Shown: positions 26,401 to 31,556 of the stretch, in pieces
Layout: every line of letters starts with the position of its first letter
Position numbering within the stretch: position 1 is the stretch's first letter
IMG/VR virus record: IMGVR_UViG_3300031519_000134
Span: 1-31,556 of that record
DNA: 31,556 bases
Direction: 5' to 3' (one strand)
Origin: a virus
Lineage: Duplodnaviria; Caudoviricetes
Notes under the pieces: generated by a model
Database searches by the model: none
The model's input: the letters and a program-made list of their open reading frames with translations, nothing else
Told to the model about the DNA's origin: nothing
Position numbers and translations under genes: made by a program

Positions 26401-29400
26401 TCCAACAGCTAACTTATCTAAAGGCGATGCGACTGCTATTCAGCAATTTGTCAATAAGAACGCAGATAAGTTATTAAAGATATTACCAGAAGGTGCAGTT
26501 GTAGAAGCTGCAACAGACAAGCTCTTAGGCACATCTACTGGCGTGCCAAAAGGTTTGCTTAATGCTTTTTACACTAAACAAGCTAGATTAGGTAAAGGAG
26601 CTGGACTTGCTCCGTTTAAATTAAACAAAGGAATTAGTAAAGCTGATTTCTTAGAAACTTTTGGTATTGTCGAAGGTAAGAAAGCTGAAGGTTTTGACGC
26701 TAGGTCACCACAAGCTCAAGCTTTAAAAGGTATTGCTAGTTTATACGGAAAGCTTGTAACAAACGAAATTGTAAGATCAGATACTGATTTAAGTTTAGAA
26801 GCTAAGCAAGATGTTGCTGCTGGTAAGAGTAAATCTATGGCTAGCAAAAGAGACGCTGGATCTCAATATAACGTAGATTCAAATGTTGTTAACGCAGGTT
26901 ATAAACCTATAAAACCTGGAGTTGAAGGTGTTAATGATTTAAGTAATTTTCTTATTGATGATTTAACTAAAGTTTTTGGAAAAAACGCTAGCTTATTTGC
27001 GGTTGCATCAAACTTAGCGGGCGCTGGGAATTCTTACATAGGCAGCAAACCAACTAGTGGAGCTAAAGGTAGAAAATTTTTGTTTATAAGTGATGCTAAT
27101 AAGACTAAAAGATATATAAAAGAAACCAAAGAAGCTTTAGAATCTGGACAATTAGGAGATTTAAAAGTAATAAACAATACTATAAGTGCTTTAGAAGGTT
27201 TAGATGCTATATCAGAATCAGATTTAAAAGCTATAAAGCAAGCTATATCTAGCCAAACCATAAAAAACATAGAAGGTAATCTTAAAAATAAATCACTACA
27301 CAACAAAGGCGTTAGACTTATTATAGAAAAGTTTGCTGAATTATATAAATTAGATCCTAAAAACATTAGAGGTATAGCCTCTATAATATATAATCAAAAC
27401 GCTAACTATAGTTTTGGTAGAAAAATGGCAGCTGTTCTTGGTTTAGAACAGGGTGTAGAACCTGGTTCTAAATCTTGGGAAGAACATGTTTATCAATTTG
27501 GTAATTTTGCCAATAGAACACTTGAAGCTATATCTAGCGATAACCCAAAAGTTTTAGATGGCTGGGTTAAATGGGTTAATGATAATTATTACCAAGAAGT
27601 TACAGGTAAAGAAACTCAAGCTATAGTAGATGCTACTTATTTTAAAGATGGTATTACGTGGAAAGCTAAGTCTGAAGAGCATCCGTATCTTAATGAAAAA
27701 CTAAACGAAGCTTTTAAGACCGGCGATTTCAGTGAAGTACCTCCTGCAGATATAAGAAAATACAATGAATACTTTGCGTTAAATCCAAACAACAGATCTA
27801 TAGATAATGTTTCAGACGCTGCTAAATACAATGTAGAAGTTGACGCTAAGTTTAGAGATAATTTAGATGTTCAAGCGGAACAACAGAGATTAATATACGA
27901 GCAGTTCATAGGTGAAACTACAGCTGAAAAAGCTAAGCAAGACATTAAAGCATATACAGAGTTAGCAACAGGAAAAGCAATGGCTTCTAAGCGTGATAGC
28001 AATTTAATTCCTGACGCTATAAAGTATAGCGAACCTATAACTGTGCAAAAAGCTATAAACGCTTTAGAAAAAACTGACAAAGCTTTAAATAACGCTAGGA
28101 AATTAGATCAACCTGTTAAGAAAATTAGAGTGTTTGACTTCGATGACACATTGGCAAAATCAAAAAGCATGGTTATCGTTAATATGCCTGATGGTTCTAA
28201 CACTCAAATAAACGCTACGCAGTTTGCTCAACAAGCGTCTGATCTTGAATCACAAGGCGCTGAGTTTGATTTTACTGAATTTAGTAAAGTAGTAAAAGGA
28301 AAAAAAGGACCTTTGTTTAGTGTAGCTCAAAAAATAGCAGATGCTCGTGGTACTGAAGATGTGTTTATACTTACAGCAAGACCACAAGCTGCCGCAGGAC
28401 CTATAAAAGCCTTTATGGAAGCTAATGGTATTAATATACCTTTAAAAAATATAACCGGCTTAGGTGACGGTACAGCTGAAGCAAAAGCAGGTTGGATAAT
28501 GGGTAAAGCAGCTGATGGCTATAATGATTTTTACTTTGCAGATGATGCTATTAAAAACGTTAAAGCCGTTGAAGATGTACTTAGCCAAATAGATGTTAAG
28601 TCAAAAGTTCAACTAGCTAAAGCTAGTAAAAGACAAACCTTTGATACTATCGTAAATGATATGATTGAAGACTCTTCTGGCATAGCTACATATAAAGAAT
28701 ATTCTGCAGCTAGAGCTAAAACAATTGGCGCTAACAAAGGCAAATTTAATTTCTTTATTCCACCATCTGCAGAGGATTTTACAGGGTTATTATATAAAAT
28801 GATAGGTAAAGGTAAAAAAGGAGATTCTCAAATGGCTTTTCTTAAGACAAACTTACTTGACACTTACGATAGAGCAGAGTCTGCTGTAACACAAGCTAAG
28901 ATAGCCGCAGCAAATGATTTTAAAGCTTTAAAATCAGAGTTAAAAACGCTACCTACAAGTTTAAGTGTACCTACCGGTATTGGAGGTTTTACTTATTCTC
29001 ACGCAGTTCGCGTAGCTATATGGTCAGCTCAAGGTATGGATATACCAGGGCTGTCTAAAAGAGATATTAAAGAATTAAATGACTTTATACAAAACGATAC
29101 TGAGCTTAGAGTTTTTGCTAACGAGTTAATTAAAATACAAAAAGGTAAACCTTACCCAAAGCCAGGTCAAAACTGGTTAGGTGGTAACATCACTAGCGAT
29201 ATTATCAATGATATTAACAAAGTTAATAGAGCAGAGTATCAACAAGAGTTTAGAGAGAATGTGGATATAATATTCTCAGAAGATAACATGAATAAAATGG
29301 AGGCTGCGTACGGAAGCAGATGGCGTGAAGCCTTGGAAGATTCTTTACGTAGAATGAAATCAGGTAGTAACAGACCTCCTGGGGGCAATAGAGTTACAGA

Positions 29401-31042
29401 TCAACTATTAGACTGGTTAAACAACTCTGTTGGTGCTGTTATGTTCTTAAACACACGTTCTGCGCTATTACAGACTATATCCGCGGTAAACTTCATAAAT
29501 TGGGGTGACAATAATATAGTGAAAGCAGGTTTAGCGTTTGCAAATCAAAAACAATTTTGGTCTGACTTTATGACGCTTATGAACTCTGATTACTTAGTTG
29601 AAAGAAGAGAAGGTCTTAAGATAAATGTAAGTGAATCTGAAATAGCAGACGCTGTTAGAGATTCTAAGAATAAACCTAAAGCAGCTATAGCTTTTTTACT
29701 TAGCAAAGGTTTTGTTATGACAAGGTTTGCAGATAGTTTTGCTATTGCAACTGGTGGCTCTACTTTTTATAGAAATAGAGTCAAAGCTTTAGTAGGTAAA
29801 GGTATGGAACAAAAAGCTGCAGAAGCGCAAGCGTTTGAAGACTTTAGACAAATAGCAGAAGAAAGTCAGCAGTCAAGTAATCCAAATAGAATTAGTCAAC
29901 AACAGGCATCAGCTGCTGGTCGTGTTGTTTTAGCTTGGGCAAATACGCCTATGCAATATGCTCGTATACAAAAAAGAGCTGGTCAAGATCTTATAAATGG
30001 TCGTGGTGATTGGAAAACAAATGTATCTAAGATAGTTTACTACGGTGCTATTCAGAATTTAATATTTAATTCACTACAACAAGCGGTGTTTGCTTTAGGG
30101 TTTGGTGAGGATGATGAAGATGATGATGCTAAGAAAAACGAAAAAATATCTAGAGTAGCAAATGGTATGATTGATTCTCAGCTTAAAGGATTAGGTATAG
30201 GTGGCGCAGCAGTGGTTGCACTTAAAAATACTTTAATGACCTTAGGTGAGGAACATGCTAAAAACCGAGCTGAATATGAAAAAGCTGTAGCTGATTTACT
30301 AGGCTTTTCACCGCCTCTTGGATCTAAAGTACAAAAAATAAAAGGTGGTCTTAGAAGTTTTAGCTGGAATATGAAAGATATTAAAGAACAAGGTTTTAGC
30401 TTAGACAATCCAGCTTATTTAGCAGGTGCTCAAATAGTAACTGGTCTTACCAATATACCTCTTGATAGAGTAGCTAAGAAAATAAATAACGTACGTGGTA
30501 TGATTAACGAACAGTCAGCGCTTTGGCAAAGAGTTGCTTTAGGTCTTGGTTGGTCTACCTGGGATGTAGGTCTTGGTTATTACGGAGGGTTTGACGCGGC
30601 AAAAGTTTTAACGCCTGAAGAAGAAAAAGTCAAAGAAATTGACGATATGAAGAAGTTAACTAAAACTAAAGAACAAGTTGATATGCTTCTTGATTTAGGA
30701 TTAACTAAAAAAGAAATAAAAGCTTTAGGTAAAGAACAAGCTAGAGTTGAAAAAATAATTGAATTACAAAATGCTGAGTCTAAGCCTAAAGAAGAGGCTA
30801 AGGTTAAGGAAGAAATAAAAGAAGAAACTAAGCCAACGCCAAAAGTAGAAGCAAAGCCTAAAACCGAAAGCGCTGAGAGAAGACTTAGAAGACAGTTTGA
30901 TTCTATTAAAGATGAAAACAAACCTGATCAAGTAAAAACATTACTTAAATTTGGACTGTCTAAAAAAGAAATAAGAGATTTACAATACGAAAAAAACAGA
31001 GTAGAAAAAATATTAGAATTAATGAATAAAAATAAAAAATGA
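23477..31042 (+). CDS. giant multidomain (polyvalent) internal virion protein: zincin + sigma70-r2-like + HAD phosphatase + helical C-terminus (2521 aa)
   Basis: HEVGH at 25355-25369; sigma-like segment at 25910-26135; HAD motifs DFDDT (28136-28150), ILTAR, K and FADD. Confidence 0.75.
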   Translation: MNELQAYVDSLPSMLLEEEKKKLVKQWKIDNKWGEEKPEPVGTGTVLKSEDITYGGEAVKEVIEAVKTEGDAAGAGVEPVKTEALVDLTDSASEDGSSELKESKEKNIYSRFDTDEELDKKREIATMSFGDKLLVDIKKGSTTLGEMIASVPETLYDIFALPQNILAKATGLNIEASSKKFKEDNSLGNPVLEFYEAESTKLGETQDIYNNANYDYQGIYNNFSKGNYADGFKQLASGIVESAPVSMSMMVGGAAVSTGKLAAGSTVAFAGPEIKEQREKNPGQSEAESIIKGLGLAGAESVFSSIGTGTIGKVYKDILLKEGKEEGVKIFRQGLIDMYRSALTKYGAPASMLGEGLEEVATTITQNMINGVPAFNNVADSFIQGVGGGVVYGAPVNAAQAKRAIKSGITNSKINSELGNSNYNNITDAFNVETSTSSTEINISQIAGSQQAIDAKVDKQLEAGEITVDQANSVKLRAREVQGSVNRLKPLSISIENQPALVDLMIEQKNLKNTIKQVDNSSLTKAESERLTEIDKELSDIVVADRTAKVEKGAKVIAEQVGTGFETFDNEADMASAIETLKEQGGKVDTKNSQDYGSFVVMPDGKRIVILNKESAAEDNVMDTAGHEVGHAVLFETVKNKPEAAIALGTSLLEELKNSKDITFTNSRFLDRFNQYVEDIDISKADTMEEVLTLASEGLSNGDIVFNEKASTKIGDFIRRALSAMGLNVKFKTGKDVLNFVRDYNRSVQKGKGLSKGLEKAATKGAEVDIKIPTDIEAEVADVVTKESKKDTGVEASAKVQEIYDTQGEDGALDIIEQFKPIVKRIVEKRSEAPNFDRQLLTDEIETGKRGIFDLIKEYKPESGVPLAAYINKFLPARAIEASQRVLGEEFTSDVTEARNVMAEEVETEVAAKPTTRKIKPSSLISNDAASKIKEQVQDKIKGIDTKNLTFKKLGDLAPEIIAAEIGIPVKKLTSPTANLSKGDATAIQQFVNKNADKLLKILPEGAVVEAATDKLLGTSTGVPKGLLNAFYTKQARLGKGAGLAPFKLNKGISKADFLETFGIVEGKKAEGFDARSPQAQALKGIASLYGKLVTNEIVRSDTDLSLEAKQDVAAGKSKSMASKRDAGSQYNVDSNVVNAGYKPIKPGVEGVNDLSNFLIDDLTKVFGKNASLFAVASNLAGAGNSYIGSKPTSGAKGRKFLFISDANKTKRYIKETKEALESGQLGDLKVINNTISALEGLDAISESDLKAIKQAISSQTIKNIEGNLKNKSLHNKGVRLIIEKFAELYKLDPKNIRGIASIIYNQNANYSFGRKMAAVLGLEQGVEPGSKSWEEHVYQFGNFANRTLEAISSDNPKVLDGWVKWVNDNYYQEVTGKETQAIVDATYFKDGITWKAKSEEHPYLNEKLNEAFKTGDFSEVPPADIRKYNEYFALNPNNRSIDNVSDAAKYNVEVDAKFRDNLDVQAEQQRLIYEQFIGETTAEKAKQDIKAYTELATGKAMASKRDSNLIPDAIKYSEPITVQKAINALEKTDKALNNARKLDQPVKKIRVFDFDDTLAKSKSMVIVNMPDGSNTQINATQFAQQASDLESQGAEFDFTEFSKVVKGKKGPLFSVAQKIADARGTEDVFILTARPQAAAGPIKAFMEANGINIPLKNITGLGDGTAEAKAGWIMGKAADGYNDFYFADDAIKNVKAVEDVLSQIDVKSKVQLAKASKRQTFDTIVNDMIEDSSGIATYKEYSAARAKTIGANKGKFNFFIPPSAEDFTGLLYKMIGKGKKGDSQMAFLKTNLLDTYDRAESAVTQAKIAAANDFKALKSELKTLPTSLSVPTGIGGFTYSHAVRVAIWSAQGMDIPGLSKRDIKELNDFIQNDTELRVFANELIKIQKGKPYPKPGQNWLGGNITSDIINDINKVNRAEYQQEFRENVDIIFSEDNMNKMEAAYGSRWREALEDSLRRMKSGSNRPPGGNRVTDQLLDWLNNSVGAVMFLNTRSALLQTISAVNFINWGDNNIVKAGLAFANQKQFWSDFMTLMNSDYLVERREGLKINVSESEIADAVRDSKNKPKAAIAFLLSKGFVMTRFADSFAIATGGSTFYRNRVKALVGKGMEQKAAEAQAFEDFRQIAEESQQSSNPNRISQQQASAAGRVVLAWANTPMQYARIQKRAGQDLINGRGDWKTNVSKIVYYGAIQNLIFNSLQQAVFALGFGEDDEDDDAKKNEKISRVANGMIDSQLKGLGIGGAAVVALKNTLMTLGEEHAKNRAEYEKAVADLLGFSPPLGSKVQKIKGGLRSFSWNMKDIKEQGFSLDNPAYLAGAQIVTGLTNIPLDRVAKKINNVRGMINEQSALWQRVALGLGWSTWDVGLGYYGGFDAAKVLTPEEEKVKEIDDMKKLTKTKEQVDMLLDLGLTKKEIKALGKEQARVEKIIELQNAESKPKEEAKVKEEIKEETKPTPKVEAKPKTESAERRLRRQFDSIKDENKPDQVKTLLKFGLSKKEIRDLQYEKNRVEKILELMNKNKK
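30647..31027 (+). repeat. two copies of a ~35-42 aa protein repeat at the C-terminus of the giant protein
   Basis: EQVDMLLDLGLTKKEIKALGKEQARVEKIIELQN versus DQVKTLLKFGLSKKEIRDLQYEKNRVEKILELMN. Confidence 0.8.
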
Positions 31043-31200
31043 GCATATCAGACATCAAGCTATACGCCATGAACGCTGGCGCTATAGGAGTTACAACTTT
31101 TACACAAATTGAAGACGGTTTGAAAATATTTCTACTCTTAATCACCATAGGGTACACATTGACTAAATGGGTAAAACTTAAAAAAAAGAAAAATGAATAA
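31039..31200 (+). CDS. small membrane protein, holin-like (53 aa)
   Basis: Translated by hand as MSISDIKLYAMNAGAIGVTTFTQIEDGLKIFLLLITIGYTLTKWVKLKKKKNE. ATGA overlap with the giant gene; TM segment plus basic tail. Not in the ORF track. Confidence 0.7.
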   Translation: MSISDIKLYAMNAGAIGVTTFTQIEDGLKIFLLLITIGYTLTKWVKLKKKKNE

Positions 31201-31480
31201 GCAATCACCATTTCAAATAAAAGAAGCTGCTTACGAAAAGCAAAATAAAAAGATGCGTAAAGACTACACATCTGAAACAGGTAAAAAACTAGGATCAAGA
31301 CAAACTTCAGGCACAGGAAAACGTAGAGTTTCATTTGCATGTAGATTTGCGGGCATGGCAGGCGCTATGAAAGATGCTAAAGGAGAACCAACAAAGAAAG
31401 CTATGGCTTTAAAAAAATGGGGTTTTGGTAGCGTTGGTGCGGCTAAAAGCTTTTGTAATAAAAATAAATCTAAAAAATAA
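31193..31480 (+). CDS. small basic phage protein (DUF6321-like, 95 aa)
   Basis: RRVSFACRFAGMAGAMKDAKGEPTKKAMALKKW resembles the recurrent phage pattern 'RKSFCARM..MKD.KG.PT.KALAL.KW'. Confidence 0.65.
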   Translation: MNKQSPFQIKEAAYEKQNKKMRKDYTSETGKKLGSRQTSGTGKRRVSFACRFAGMAGAMKDAKGEPTKKAMALKKWGFGSVGAAKSFCNKNKSKK

Positions 31481-31484
31481 AAAT

Positions 31485-31556
31485 ATGGAATCAGGACTTT
31501 ATAATAAATATATAGGATCACCTTGTAAAAAAAATATAGACCCTAAGTTAATAGTG
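31485..31556 (+). CDS. 5' end of a hypothetical protein (truncated by window end)
   Basis: ATG after an A-rich leader; MESGLYNKYIGSPCKKNIDPKLIV is open to the end of the window. Confidence 0.55.
   Translation, partial: MESGLYNKYIGSPCKKNIDPKLIV

Noticed and set aside
28130-28150. DFDD motif as the catalytic loop of a crAss-type virion RNA polymerase (DFDID)
   Set aside because: The context is hhhDxDxT with downstream HAD motifs II-IV, which indicates a HAD phosphatase. No DxDxD polymerase motif was recognised.
23473-30921. Numerous minus-strand ORFs opposite the giant gene (e.g. 23473-24030, 24157-24579, 30580-30921)
   Set aside because: They are Ser/Phe/Leu-rich antisense shadows without motifs, and all credible genes lie on the + strand.
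1-31556. Stop-codon reassignment as seen in some crAss-like phages
   Set aside because: Genes tile the window densely under the standard code. The TAG ends at 9694, 14146 and 20152 are followed shortly by other stops and do not join ORFs in frame.
1-31556. CRISPR array, tRNA, integrase, reverse transcriptase/DGR, intron or intein
   Set aside because: No spaced direct repeats, cloverleaf or corresponding catalytic motifs were seen by eye, and the intergenic spaces are too short.

Overview
AT-rich window from a dsDNA tailed phage, with every supported gene on the + strand. It is most likely a podovirus-type phage of a Bacteroidota host, because starts are A-rich with no Shine-Dalgarno motif and the morphogenesis gene order is crAss-like. 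Gene order: small basic proteins, a HExxH peptidase, a 3TM holin-like gene, a head-spike-like protein, a tandem GroES-like protein, small and large terminase, portal, scaffold, major capsid protein, ring/tail proteins, a split muzzle-like protein, ejection-type proteins and a 2521-aa giant protein. Two things stand out. (1) The giant protein looks like an injected polyprotein: zincin peptidase, sigma70-region-2-like, unknown, HAD phosphatase and helical C-terminal modules are separated by a recurring [A/E]-S-K-[R/K] motif that could be a self-cleavage site. (2) There are signs of hidden coding: a 42-aa 'MPFKSEKQR' gene nested in the +1 frame of the scaffold gene, a >200-codon open +1 frame inside terL, and a candidate -1 frameshift near the start of the giant gene. 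All family assignments come from motif recognition by eye; no database searches were run.
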